A DNA stretch of 64,000 bases from the human T2T-CHM13v2.0 reference genome, Homo sapiens. Where the stretch lies: NCBI RefSeq assembly GCF_009914755.1, contig NC_060934.1; one strand, given 5' to 3'. Position numbers and translations under genes: made by a program. The notes beneath the pieces are model-generated. The model was not told the origin of the DNA. It ran no database searches and saw only the letters and a list, made by a program, of their open reading frames with translations. The first letter of the stretch is position 1; each line of letters begins with the position of its first letter. Shown here piece after piece: positions 44,870 to 60,955 of this stretch.

Positions 44870-46018
44870 TTTTCAATTTATCTTTATCTTTGTGGATGCA
44901 TAGTAGCCGTATATATTTATGGAGTACATGAGATACATTGATACAGGCATACCATGTGTAATAATCACATCAGGATAAATGGGGGATTCATCACCTCAGG
45001 AATTTATATTTTCTTTTTGTTACAAACAACCCAATTATACTCTCTAAGTTATCTTTAAATGTACAATAAATTATTGTTAACTAGTAGTCACCCTGTTGTA
45101 CTATCAAATAGTAGATCTTATTCATTCTGTCTAACTGTATTCTTGTACCTAGTAACCATCCCAAATTTCTCACCAACACTACCTTTCTCAGCCTCTGGTA
45201 ACCATCCTTCTACTCTATCTCCACGAGTTCAATTGTTTCAATTTTTGGCTCACACAAATCAGAACATGCAAATTTTGTTTTTCCAGGCCTGGCTTATTTC
45301 ACTTAACATAGTATCCTCCAGTTCCAGTCATGTTATTGCAAATGACAAGATCACATTATTTTTTATGCTTGAATAGTACTCCACAGTGTATATGTACCAC
45401 ATTTTTTTTATCCATTCATCTGTTGGTGGATACTTAGGTTGCTTCCAAACTTTGGCTATTGTGAATAGTGCTGTAATAAACATAGGAGTGCAGATATCTC
45501 TTTGATGTACTGATTTGCTTTCTTTTGGGTGTATACCTAGCAGTGGGATTGCTGGATCATATTACGGTAGTTCTATTTTTGGGTTTTGAGGAACCTCCAA
45601 ACTGTCCTGCCTAGTGGCTGTATTAATTTACATTCCTACCAACAGTGTAGAAGGGTTTTCTTTTCTCTACATCCTTGCCAGGATTTGTATTGCCTGTCCT
45701 TTGAATAAAAGCCATTTTAACTGGGGTGAGAGATCTCACTATAGTTTTGATTTGCATTTCTCTGATGATCAATGATGTTGAACACCTTTTCATATACTGT
45801 TTGCCATTGGTATGTCTTCTTTTGAGGAACGTCTATTCAGATCTCTTGCCATTTTTTAATCAGACTATTAGATTTTTTTCCCTAGATAGTTTTTTGAGCT
45901 CCTTATATATTCTGGTTATTAACCCCTGTCAGATGGATAGTTTGCAAACAATTTCTCCCATTCTTTGGGTTGTCTCTTCACTTTGTCCATAGTTTCTTTT
46001 ACTGTGTGGAAGCTTTTA
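44870..46018 (-). mobile_element. L1MA3/4-like 3' end
   Basis: gtatatatttatggagtacatgagata...ttacaaacaacccaattatactct...gatggatagtttgcaaa. Confidence 0.88.
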
Positions 46019-46233
46019 TTCTGTACTTTTTAAAGAAAGAAATCTTTGATCAGAAATCAGAAATAAATAAATTCCCTTTATTCTCAGTATTCTCAGTTTT
46101 ATTTTAAAATTATAAAATAATTTTCAATTTTTTCAAATGCTTTTTCTGCATATATTGATGATTATTTAATTTTTCTTCTATGATTTGTTAATGAAATTAA
46201 CTATGCAACTTTATGTTCCCATATTAAACCAAA

Positions 46234-46296
46234 TTTAAACATGATACTGTTTACTTATATAACAAACCTGAACCTAAAATAAAAGTTAAAAAAAAA
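46234..46296 (+). mobile_element. Extremely truncated L1PA 3' terminus
   Basis: gtttacttatataacaaacctgaacctaaaataaaagtt plus A run. Confidence 0.7.
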
Positions 46297-46404
46297 GTTG
46301 ATTAAGCATTAACTATACAACTTTATGTTCTAATATGAAACCAAACTCATGTTCCTGGGATAAACTTAACTTGATCTCTCTCTATATATGTGTATATATT
46401 TCTG

Positions 46405-47690
46405 GATGTGAGGTACCTAGAGTAGTCAAATTCATAAAAACATAAAGTAGAATGACAGTTTTCAGGGCATAGGGAGACGGGAAAACAGAGAGTTCTTATT
46501 TAATGGGTATAGAGTTTCAGATTTAAAAGATAAATTCTGGAGATGTATTGCCTAACAATTTGAATATTCTTTTTTCTCCAACGCCTGCTTGTTTACTTAT
46601 TCAAACTATTATTTAGTAGTTACTAGTGATTGACACTGTTAACTCATGCTGTTTTTAAATAAAAACATATATGACATAAAAAATTAAATAATGTAGACTA
46701 ATATGTAATTCCAAACAAATGCCTCTTTACATGTTTTATGATAAAGTACATATGGGTAAACTTTTGTTTAACTTTTATTTTAGGTTCAGGTTTTTTATAT
46801 GTGTAAACTGTGTCATGGTGGTTTGGTGTACAGATTATTAATATTTCATCACCGAGGTTGTAAGCATACTACCTGATGGGTTTTTTTTCTGATCCTCTTC
46901 CTCCTCCCACCTCCACCTTCAAGTAGTCCCCAGTGTCTGTTATTCCTCTCTCTGCGCCCACGTTCCTCACTGTTTAGCTGCCACTTATAAATGAGAACAT
47001 GCAGTATTTGGTTTTCTGTTTCTCTGCTAATTCACTTAGGATAATGGCCTGGAGCTCCATCCATGTTGCTGTAAAGGACATAATCTTGTTCTTTTTATGG
47101 CTGCATGGCACATACACTGTATTCCATGGTGTATATGCACCACATGTTCTTTATCCAGGTACCATGGATGGGCATTTAGGTTGATTCCATGTCTTTGCTA
47201 TTGTGAATAATACTGCAGTGAACATACAAGTGCATATATCTTTATGGTATAATTATTTATATTCTTTTGGGTGTATACCCAATAATGGAATTGCTGGGTC
47301 AAATGGTAATTCTGTTTTAAGTTCTATGAGGAATTCCTACATTGCTTTCTGCAATGGCTGGACTAATTTATACTCTTACCAGCAGTGTGTAAATATTCTC
47401 TTTTTGCCATAATCTCACCAGCATCTGTTATTTTTTGACTTTTTAGTAGCAGCCATTTTGACTGTTGTGAGATGTTATATTATTGTGGTTCTGATTTGCA
47501 TTTTTCTAATGATTAGTGCTGTTGAACATTTTTTCATGTGTTTGTTGGCCACAAGTATGTCTTTTTTTGAAAAGTTTCTATTCATGTATTTTGCCTCAAT
47601 GTGAATACACTTAACACTAATAAACTTAACTAAGGCTAAAATGGCAAATTTTATGTTATATGCTTTTTACCACAAAAAAATTTAAATATT
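46405..47690 (+). mobile_element. L1MB 3' end, split by the insertion at 46572-47596
   Basis: gaggtacctagagtagtcaaattcata...tttaatgggtatagagtttcag; resumes caatgtgaatacacttaac...aattttatgttatatg. Confidence 0.8.
46762..47596 (-). mobile_element. L1PA13-16 3' end
   Basis: cacttataaatgagaacatgcagtatttgg...gggtgtatacccaataatgg. Confidence 0.9.
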
Positions 47691-49666
47691 AAAAAACTAA
47701 ATTACATTTCTCTGCCAAATAAAAGAACATATTTTATAATTAAATTGTGATAGTTATACAACTAAGTTAACACACTAAAAGGCATTAAATTGCACACTTT
47801 AAATGAGTAAATTATATGGTATGAGAATTACATCTCAACAAAACTATTTTTAGAAAGGAGGGATAGCGAGAAGAAACATTGTCAACTAGCTAGATGATAG
47901 CTAGTCACTGGAATACATAGTATTGCAAAGCTCAAGTTATAGTCCCCATCTTAGACTTCAGAGAAATGTGCAAATCTGTTTTTTGGATCATTCTGCTCCC
48001 TGTGGCCACTTCAACATTGCTTCTGAAGCAAAGAAAAAGTGTCACAATGGATTTGACCTTATACTTTCTCTTCTTCTGACTTTAGTCTTCGCTAACCTCC
48101 CCCCACACACTGGCTCCCTGATCCTAGAAATGGAAAAGACAGCACCTTAACTCTCTCTCCTCCCTAATCGCTGGCAGTGGTTTATAGGAGCACATGCTTT
48201 ACGACAGCTACTTATTACAGGAAGAGCACACACTTTGAAAGAAAAAAGACCTGGGTTCTAATCTTTGCTCATACTTTGATAGATGTATACACTGGCCAAT
48301 TCCTATTTCTTTGTTTTATATATGTTTATATATGTTTCTTCTCTATATACATATGTGTATATATATGTATCTTTGTTTATATATATATATTTTATATAAA
48401 AGAAATACAACGAGGCTTATGATGAACAAAAATAATAATTACTAAAATATGCAATCACTCTTTTGGCTTTGAATTATATTCTAATTCATATATAATGCAC
48501 CCGGCGCTCAAACTTTTCCACCGAAACAAACCTGAATTATAAAAGAAAACATCCAACAAAAAACCAACACTGACAGGTTCACTACCACAATATTCATTAG
48601 GTTGTGGCTAATATGGACCCACACCCTATGCCTCCTCCAAAACTCCAGTGTTGACAGTAAGGCTCGTGTTTCTATTTTGAAAATATCCAGAGTTATTTTA
48701 ATGTGCTCCTCTGTACTCCACTCCGTGTCAAGAATCACTTCTAATTCTTCTAAAAGTTTGTATCTTCCAATACATATCTCACTCAATTATTTGTATCTTT
48801 AAGGGGAAGGAAGTTTTGCAATTTAAAACAAATATTAAAAGCAGTCACTAAAGAGTCAAAATTTTTCTCTCTGATAAGTGAATCTTATTTCAAAAAATCA
48901 TTTTGTGGGATTTTTCCTTTGCAAAGGTAAGATACCCTTTAAAAACATAGATGCAAAAATATGGGATAAGAGGAATAAATTGATCTATTAAAAGAGTAGC
49001 AGGACTTTGAGTTTGCAAAGTCACCAGAGGTGGGAAATCTGAGAAAAAGAAAGAACAGGGTTTCTGCGAAGACAATGTATATTCATTGATAATGAATTGA
49101 CAATGTGTTCAGAGGCTAGGGTTTAAGAGCAAGACATGGTTAGTGAAGAATTTCTTGAGGCAGCAAATATCAAGTTTATATGTAGCATGAGTAAGATTGG
49201 AATTTAACTGCAACAATCCTTTGTCAATTATTTTACTCTTAAACCTGCAGTCGAAGTCTAGTATTAATGGCATTTTGGAATACTGAGGGAAGAATGGCAG
49301 TATTTCAAGATTTTGAGTTGGTGACCAGTAGTTAAGTAAAAGGATTCTTGAACTACAGTTGAAGTTTATCTTTGAAACCAGAGAAGTATGGCTATAAATT
49401 GGACAGACTTAGAAGCCAGTATGAACCAAACTGTTGCATAATAAATGGGATTCTAAAATAAGATGATATTCTTCTAAGTAATACATATTGATGGAAACAT
49501 ACACACACAGAATAGTATATTTTCAGAAAACTCAAACTTATGGCAACATTTAGGTGTAGAAAATGTGGTATGTTGAGCCACCCTCTCGGTTCTCAAAAAA
49601 ACTCACTTTCTTTGATAAAGTATATGGATGGATATTAAGTCCCTTCACTGGAAAGTGATAAAATTA

Positions 49667-49975
49667 GACCAGGTACCATGGCCTCCCAAAATGCTGTAAT
49701 TCCCAGCATTTTGGGAAGCCAAGGCAGGAGGATCACTTGAGATCAGGAGCATGAGACCAGCCTGGCCAACATGGTTAAACCCCATTTCCACCAAAAAATA
49801 CAAAAATTAGCCAGATATGGTGGTGTGTGCCTGTAGTCCCAGCTACTCAGGAGGCTGAGGTGGCAGAATCGCTTGAAGCTGGGAGGCAGAGGCTAGAGTG
49901 AGCTGAGGTCATACCACTGTACTCCAGCCTGGGTGACAGTGTAAGACCCAGTCTCAAAAGAAAAGAAAGAAAACT
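49667..49975 (+). mobile_element. Alu (J/Sx-like) with rearranged 5' end
   Basis: Both arms; TSD aaagtgataaaa(a)ttaga. Confidence 0.92.
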
Positions 49976-50029
49976 AAAGTGATAAAAATTAGAGCCTTTC
50001 ACATGAAATTTATAATACAGGTTAGATCT

Positions 50030-51004
50030 TGTGGTTGGTAGATAATGAATATGCCTATTAACAATTCCTTTCTTCTCTGTATGCACATGTCTGCCTTTCT
50101 TCTCATTGAGAAGTAGAGTCTGTTTCCCTCTCTTTGAACATTGGGTGTGTGCTTAGCTTTTAAGTGGCTTGACAGCTTTGGCTTTTTGCCATTTAGTGAA
50201 GTGGACTGCTGTGACGTAAAGAAACTTGAGCTAGGCTATTCAAGGATGAGACAGAACATAGAGAGCAAGAGATCCCACCTAGAGAAGGACTGGAGCAGCA
50301 GGCATGGGAATAAAACTTCCTTGGTTCTCCAGCCTAGTATAGTTACCATCTGAATGCTGATGTCACTGATGGAGTGACCCCAGCTGATGCCAAGTGGAGC
50401 TGAAGAGCCATCCAACAGAACCCTGCTTGAATCCTAACACAAATATTTATAAGAAATGAGAAATGATGGTTGTGTTGCATTAAGCCACTAAGATTTGGGG
50501 TTGTTTGTTACTCAGAATTAGGTAACTGAAAGAAAAAATTGTACCAGATATAGGGTGCCACCATAACAAAATCCCAAAATAGATACTTAATGGCATTGTG
50601 GGAGGTAGGTGGAAGCCAGAGGTGAAGTAAAAACATTGTTAATGGGGGCCTAAAATTCAGTAAGAAAATTGATTTGGGGGGTTAGAGAAAGGTTATAGTC
50701 CTGTGGTAACAGAAGATAGAAAAATACAGAAAATATACCTAACGAACATGCAAATTCGGTTAAAGAGATTTCTGGGAAGAATTTAGAAAGCACCAATTGA
50801 CTTATTGGAGTTATTAGCTGTGCCCCACTTCTATTTGAATGTATCTGAGTAAATGATCACAGCTAACACAAGATGGAGATTAGTTGGGTCAAGCCAAACC
50901 TGACCCAAATTCCTAACCCACAGAGTCATGAGAAAAAACAAATTATTGTTTAAAGCCACATTGTTTTGAGGTTATTTGTTACGCAGCAACAGGTAGCTGA
51001 TACA
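50030..51004 (+). mobile_element. MLT1G/H LTR plus MLT-internal 5' piece plus second partial LTR
   Basis: LTR ends taagccactaagatttggggttgtttgttac...aactgaa; internal start aattgtaccagatatagggtgccaccataacaaa; second LTR end tttaaagcca...tttgttacgcagcaacaggtagctgataca. Confidence 0.7.
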
Positions 51005-53025
51005 GATCACCAATGAATCCCAACTGGAGGAATATAATGTTTTCAGGAGGCTGGTTCCCGAGAGTAGTCTTCCAAAGACAGATGGGAGCATATGTGCACA
51101 GCTTCCAAATTACAAATGCAACCAAGTACTAATCGGTTGCAAAAAACAACAAGCAACATCAACAACAAGGCCTTTTCTAGGTGGAAATGAACTGTGCTTT
51201 TGGATTGTTTATACCCATAATTATGGTTGTGAGGTAACTTATTCTGAACAAAGGTCTCCCCTTTCTCTATCTCAAAGACCTGGAAAAAAGAACCATTAAG
51301 CCTGAATAACATTCTGAAGGCCTTTGGGGCAGTCTGACCTTGTTTCTTTAATTCCTGCGAACATCTTTTAGATTGTCTATGTTTTTCTTTGAGAAGAAAA
51401 TAAAGAATTGCATAGTAGGCAGTACTACATTTTTCTTTCTCTGGCAAAATATGGGCCCAGGAACTGCTGCCTGCCTGCCTGGGGTATCTAAACGAGTGTC
51501 CTAGATAATGATCATCATTTTCTCCATGATTGCTTTCACTAAAAGGGAAAACCAGAAGTTAAATGATTTTTGTTGTCTCCTCTAACTTATAATTTTTCCT
51601 GAAAGCTGAAATAAAAGCACGTCCTGGATGACACAGTGGTAACCCTTTTCCATCAGATGCTCCAGTGTTTGAAGTGTCTTAGCCGTATGACCTAAAGCAA
51701 ATACACCTACTCAGGGGAAAAGAATTGACTTAGAATTAGCCTTTGTCACCATAAATTCACTTCTGATTGTCGAATTATTTTTAGAAGTTCTTTTTTTAAA
51801 GAATACATGGAAAAAGTAAGCAGGTGAGTGAAAAAAGTAATAGGGTGAGTAGCAAAAGAAACCACTCAGAGGAAAAGATCCAAATACTCTTCTTAATTTC
51901 TTACTCTTTTTCTGTTTGTGTTTGCATAAATTTAAATACAGTTCGGGTCTGGTGGCCTACTTCCTGATCTAATTGCTGTTGGAATTTTTTTTTAAATTAA
52001 AAATTTGCATGTCCTCAGACTAGTCTATAAAGAGTAGGAAAGAGGATGAGAAATAGAGAAAGCTAATGCTGTGCTCTTTTGTTCCATTTAATGGCCAACC
52101 TGGTATATAAAATATACTTTTAAAAACACACAACAAATACAATTCTTAATATGGTATACATTGTAAGTTATTCTTACCCAGAAATTGGAACTACTACTTT
52201 AGTATTTAATAAATACATATTTTAGGAAATGCATTTTTGGGAAATATAGTGTCATGGCAAAGATGGAAAATATAGTTTAATTGACATGCCACTCTGACAA
52301 GTGGATCATAGCTACAGTAAGTTTATGTTGCAGGCTTATTTTTGCTAGTATGAAAAAGTATCATGATAATTACATCTGCAATAGACATAAGAGGAGTGAC
52401 TGTGCTAGCAACTGGCCATTTCTGTCCTGGGAGAGTAATATCTAAAGTAGACCTACAGAGGAGAGAAGTCATCAATTGCAAGATGCTAATGGGGTTAGCC
52501 TACAGGAAAAACGGGTATTCTAAGAGAGAAATGGTTTATGAATGCTTGCTTTCTGGAGTGTCAGGAAACTAAATTCTTTTAAAAATGCACAATCACTTTT
52601 ACTAAATGGCAGATATGACACAAAACCTGGCAAGGAATAGATTTGGGAATTTGAAGAGTAACATAAATTCACACATGCCAAACTCAAATTGAGAACATTG
52701 CAGTGTTGAACCAGCAGGCTCAAATGATATTTGTATGATCTCTACCACAAACACAGATACATATAATGACACTATGTTCTATGTCAACATTTGCTATCTA
52801 AACTGGGGCCTTGAAGGAGAATAGCATTCTTTGCTTAAGGAATATCTCCTTATATTTAATGTGTTTATATTCTTCTTAAATTAGATGACAAGGGACAATT
52901 TAAGATTGTCAGAGAAATTGAAAACAGGATTTATAAGGAAGAACTTCCGTGATAAATATGATCCAAAGATGAGGGGAAAAAACCATAATTGGGGATGAAG
53001 AAAAGGCAAAGGAATAGAAGGGAGT

Positions 53026-53397
53026 TGATGATTTGGCTGTGTCCCTACTGAAATCTCACCTTGAATTGTACTCCTGTCATTCTGACATGTTGTGGGAGGG
53101 ACCCAGTGGGAGATAATTGAATCATGGTGGTGGTTTCCCCCATACTGTTCTTGTGGTAGTGAATGAGTCTCATGAGATCTGATGGTTTTATCAGGGGTTT
53201 CTGCTTTTGCATCTTCCTCATTATCTCTTTGCCTGCTGTCATCCATGTAAGACATGACTTGCTCCTCCTTGCCTTCTGCCATTATTGTGAGGCTGTCCCA
53301 GTCATGTGGAACTGTAAGTTCAATTAAACCTTTTCCTTTTGCAAATTGCCCAGTCTTGGGTATGTCTATATTAGCAGCATGAAAATGGACTAATACA
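53026..53397 (+). mobile_element. THE1C-like MaLR solo LTR
   Basis: tgatgatttggctgtgtccc...ggactaataca; perfect TSD ggagt (53021-25, 53398-402). Confidence 0.93.
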
Positions 53398-53879
53398 GGA
53401 GTGCATAAAATCTTCTTGTGCAACATGGATATTTTGAGAAAGGTTAAGACACACACACACACACACGAGTTCACTATGTAGCAGATAAGTACACAGAGTA
53501 GGCAGCATTGATTAGTGAACATAGCATAGCTCAGAGATATTAATAGATACCGATGATTACAATGCATGGAAAATAGATCTAAATATAACCAATAGTCTCA
53601 GTCTCCTGGATGTTAAGATTTAGAGGAGAGAAAAACCTTTCAAAATACAGCAATGATAAAAGAGTTTGCCTTTTACCAACCTCTAGAAGATGTCTTGGAG
53701 CATAAGAGCAGAGAAAGTGGTGTGCAACATACTCCTTGTCTAATCACAGTAAAAGGACAAAAACTGCAAATAAATAAAATGGTAAGTAACAAGAGAAATT
53801 TAGAAAAACAAAGACCAGGGATAATGCATAAAACATGGTACAAGTGACCTCTCTATAATTGAATTAGTAAAACATGACA

Positions 53880-54092
53880 TAATCCCAGCACTTTGGGAGG
53901 CCGAGGAAGGCAGATCACTTGAGGCCAGGAGTTTGAGACCAGCCTGGCCAACATGGTGAAACCCCTTCTCTACTGAAAATATAAAAATATAATCTGGGCA
54001 TGGTGGTGCACACCTGTAATCAACCGGGCCACTGCACTCCAGCCTAGGCGAAGGAGTGAGACTCCATCTCAAACAAACAAACCAAACAGACA
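53880..54092 (+). mobile_element. 5'-truncated Alu with internal right-arm deletion
   Basis: cctgtaatc joined via aaccgg to gccactgcactccagcc; flanks aaaacatgaca/aaaaaatgaca. Confidence 0.9.
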
Positions 54093-55621
54093 AAAAAATG
54101 ACAACACCATGCCTGAGGATCCCAGGGATCTTCTGATTGCAGATTTTGAAATTATTTTCAGGGAGTCCTGAGGAGATTGATTCAGATGCTATAAAACTCT
54201 TACATGACAGCTTCAGAACCTCCAAGTTGCACATTTTCTTGTGATTTATTCTTACAGCAAAGTGAAAACGAACTTGCTCACAGTATGAATATAAAGTTTT
54301 TCCTGCCTACAGTTCTCTTAAGAGCAGCCTGTTGGGGGCCTTTGAATGCTTTCAGCTTGTGTGGAGACCTTTTATAATAAATTGTGTTTTTCATGTTAAA
54401 AAGAAAACTTCAAAAGAAGGTGTTAACATAATTGAGGCATGATAAGTTTGACAGTAAGTGTCATTATCAGAGTTCACTGACAGCTTTTTGAAGTAAAAAA
54501 AAAATGTATTCTTCCTACATAGATATAAAACCTCTTACAGTGTTTAAACAATTTCACCAAATATATTAATATTCTACAAATGTCCCTTTATTCTGAAGGT
54601 TACCCAAGTGAAATGATTTTCATGAGATTTGGGTTTTTTAAACCTATTGAACAAAGATACAGTACTAGCCGGTATTCAATATAAGGAAAATACAAAAAAT
54701 TAAAGGATGAGATAAAAGATAAAAATATAAAAATAGGAAAAAAAATTCTCATGTTTGTATTCTGCACATCAGTGATTCATCTTGTACGCTCCTCTCCCAC
54801 TTTGAATATCATTGCTGCAAGGAATGTGAAAAAGATGGATAACTAAGAATCCAGATAAGTCCAGGGTCAGTCATCCAAAACTTTGCCTAAATTTAGTATA
54901 AAATCAATATATGTTTTTCAAATGAATTATTCTTGTTTTTAGCCTTCACTGAAAATATAGCACTTCTTAATTGTGAAATTCATCACTACTATATACAAGA
55001 TAATAACTCTCATATACTAAAGTTTATATTTTTTTCTTCTTACAGCTTTCTAGATTTTTGAGTTTTGTTTTTATAAAGAAACTGCTAGTGTAAATATTCA
55101 ATAAAGCAATAAAGAACATGTACAAAATTAAGTAGTGATATGTTGGCAAGGAAATTATGGAATGTGATTTTTTTTAAAGTAAGAGATAAGAATAAACCTG
55201 AAAATAACACCAAACTGAAGTAACGTAAAGAAAATCTGCAGTTAGGCAAAGTCTCATTTTTAAAGCAGTACATACTACTCTGAAATGCCTAAAAGAAAGG
55301 AATTAAAATTCACTAGGAAGAGAAAGCTAGGGAAGAGACATGACAAAAAATTTGGCTCAGATTTTTTTCCCACAAACATATTATCTCACAAAAGGTAAAA
55401 ATTAGTGAGAATTGATTTCTTTCATATTCATACTCTATATTTTTTAAATTGGATACACTATTATAAGTATAATGCTTAAGAGCTTCCACCTCTGAACACA
55501 CAAAGTCAAAGTCAAAGCAGGTGCTGAAATTGAAACAAAAGAAAATAAGTAAATTCATCTATTATGGGGTGTACGTTGGGTTGATAGAGTGGTTCACTGC
55601 GGAGATGAAAACAACCAATAA

Positions 55622-55907
55622 GGCCAGGCTTGGTGGCTCGCGCCTGTAATCCTGGCACTTTGGGAGGCTGAAGCAGGCGGATCACTTGAGCTCAGGAGTT
55701 CGAGACCAGCCTGGCCAACATGGTGAAACCTTGTCTCTACTAAAAATACAAAAATTAGCTGGGCATGGTGGCACAAGCCTGTAGTCCCAGCAACTCAGGA
55801 GACTGAGGCAGGAGAATAGCTTGAACCTGGGTGGTGGAGTTGAGGTGAGCTGAGATTTCACCACTGGACTCCAGCCTAGGTGACAGAGTCTTTCAGAAAA
55901 AAAAAAA
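55622..55907 (+). mobile_element. AluS
   Basis: Both arms and A tail. Confidence 0.95.
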
Positions 55908-56479
55908 GAAATCAGCCCATAGCTTTGACATCATGTGGTGCAATTTCAGAATATTTATTCTGGTCTACACAGTGTATTAATTTTCACATTAGTTGTAACA
56001 ACTATAGAATGAAATCTTCCATTATATTCTATCTTTTCCTAAATGGAGAGATTAAGTGATTTCATAACTGTCCCCCTGGCCAAATATTAATCAATAGGTC
56101 TGGGAAAACCATCCAGAAAGTCAGAATACTTCTCCAAGATAATGACTCCATTGCCATATTGTATCCCTTATACTCATGAGCATATTAATTCAGCAAATAT
56201 TTGTTGGTGTCATTGTAGATTTAGCACTTTCCCAGGCACTGTACTTGCACACTGACAACCTTGCAATAGGCACTGAATAAAAATTATTCATAAATTATTA
56301 ATAAAAACAAATAAGCAAAAAAGACAAACAAGACACAGAGTAAAGACATGGAGTAGAGTAATTATGATTTTTAAAGCTGAGAAAAGTCTAGTAGTAAGAT
56401 TGTACATACACACGGGCAACTAAAGAAAGATCCAGCTAGAGTATTATGGGACTATGTCTAGTATGGAGAAAAGTGTAAG

Positions 56480-56640
56480 GAAATAAGTATAGGAAAATAT
56501 TATTTGAGTCATGGCCCTGTCACTTAACACTGTGTGACTTCAGACAAGTCACTTAAAAATTCTGAATCTCAGTTTTTGATTGATAATGCTGCAGAGAATA
56601 AATCCTACTTCCCAGGCTTTTTCATGAAAGTAAATAAGGA
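56480..56640 (+). mobile_element. MIR
   Basis: cactgtgtgacttcagacaagtcacttaa...tctcagtttt. Confidence 0.7.
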
Positions 56641-56659
56641 TTTCTGTTTCTTATAATGG

Positions 56660-57947
<1,288 letters not shown>

Positions 57948-58540
57948 TTAAAACTGTAATAAAAAATTGATTGGTCCTCATGCGGTATTGTGAGTTACTG
58001 ATAAATATTCACAATGATGAGTAAAGAAGAGACTCTTACAGACTTGCTTATTATCCAGTCAGGGTATGTGAAGTTCTTTTTACAGCATTCAGGCATCTCT
58101 CCTCATAGTCAGCTCTGAGAACCACTGCTAATGTTTGCTTTGACCAATGTGTGATTCCTGGCTCACCTTGTATCCACCACTAACTCTTTTGCTTATAATG
58201 CTCAGCTCTTTGGAAACTGTTTGTATTAAAACAAATAGTGTTGCCTCTGAAGTTCTCGAAGACCCTTTGTTAAAGGCTGGTGGCATCATTACTCAGGATG
58301 CTGCCTCATCTTTTGCACCTCCCAAAAATATTTTTTCCAATGATTTTCTCAAGGTTTTTTATTGTGCTTCATTGATGATGACCCAGAATGTGAAGGAAAG
58401 TGTTAGCAATCATTTGATTCATGCTCATGTTTTATGTTTTAATTTACTGTTCAAAATTTTGTAGTATAAAACTAGACCAACAGATCTCACCATGTATTTT
58501 CTTGAACTCCTTGGATCATTATCAAGAAATTCCTAAATGT

Positions 58541-59790
<1,250 letters not shown>

Positions 59791-60646
59791 TAAACTTCTA
59801 AATGTGATCACTTCTCATGTGGATCTCACCCCTGCCTTACACACACTGTCTAGTAAGGAAGATGGATAGGGGCCCATGGGCAAGGCAGGAAGAGCCACCT
59901 CATTCAAACAATGGACATGCATTCCTGAAGACCAAGGAAAGCCACTTCATCCACACAAGGAACATGCATTCCTCATGCAGCGTGGCCTAAACAAAGACCC
60001 AGGAAAGCACAGTGTCACCCAAAGCATCAGAGATAAGAGAGGAAATTGAGCAGGGGGCCTATTGATGTGGTGGAATGTTGATCTTGAAGCCCTGAGAAAT
60101 GAAGGCACAGCCATCCCCAGAGGACTGCCTGACTCATGGGGGCAGAGCCCAAGGAAGAGGGGGTGACTTCTGTGAGTCTGGTGGGATGGGGTACACAGGA
60201 TAAAGGATGCCTGTAGGCACCCCTCTGTACTCAAAGACTGTACAGCAGATGAAACACCCTAGTTAGGATGTGGCTGGGTGAGAGCTGACACCCTGATTTA
60301 TACACACAGGCTATGAGATACATATCTACATACATATATGTCTCCTAGAGATACTCAGGTGTATGCCTCAGGAGATATATACAGGAACGTTCATACCAGC
60401 ATCCATCATAATTTCAGAAAACTAGAAACCATCCCAAGGACCAAACAACAGTAGAACAAGCAAACAGGGAGAGAAGTGGCTCATAACTTTGAGTGCAAGA
60501 TGTAAGTTCCAGAAGAATATGTAGTTTGATTCTGTTTGTTAGGCTCTAAAAATGCCAAGACAAAATATTATATTATTTACGGTTATAACCATGGTTAATA
60601 AATCGAAGATAAGAACAAAGTAGTGATTTTCGCAAAAGTCAGGATA

Positions 60647-60955
<309 letters not shown>

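Noticed and set aside
52881-53567. Longest ORF in the track (228 aa, - strand)
   Set aside because: It runs through a (TG)n tract and antisense through a THE1C LTR, with no domain-like content
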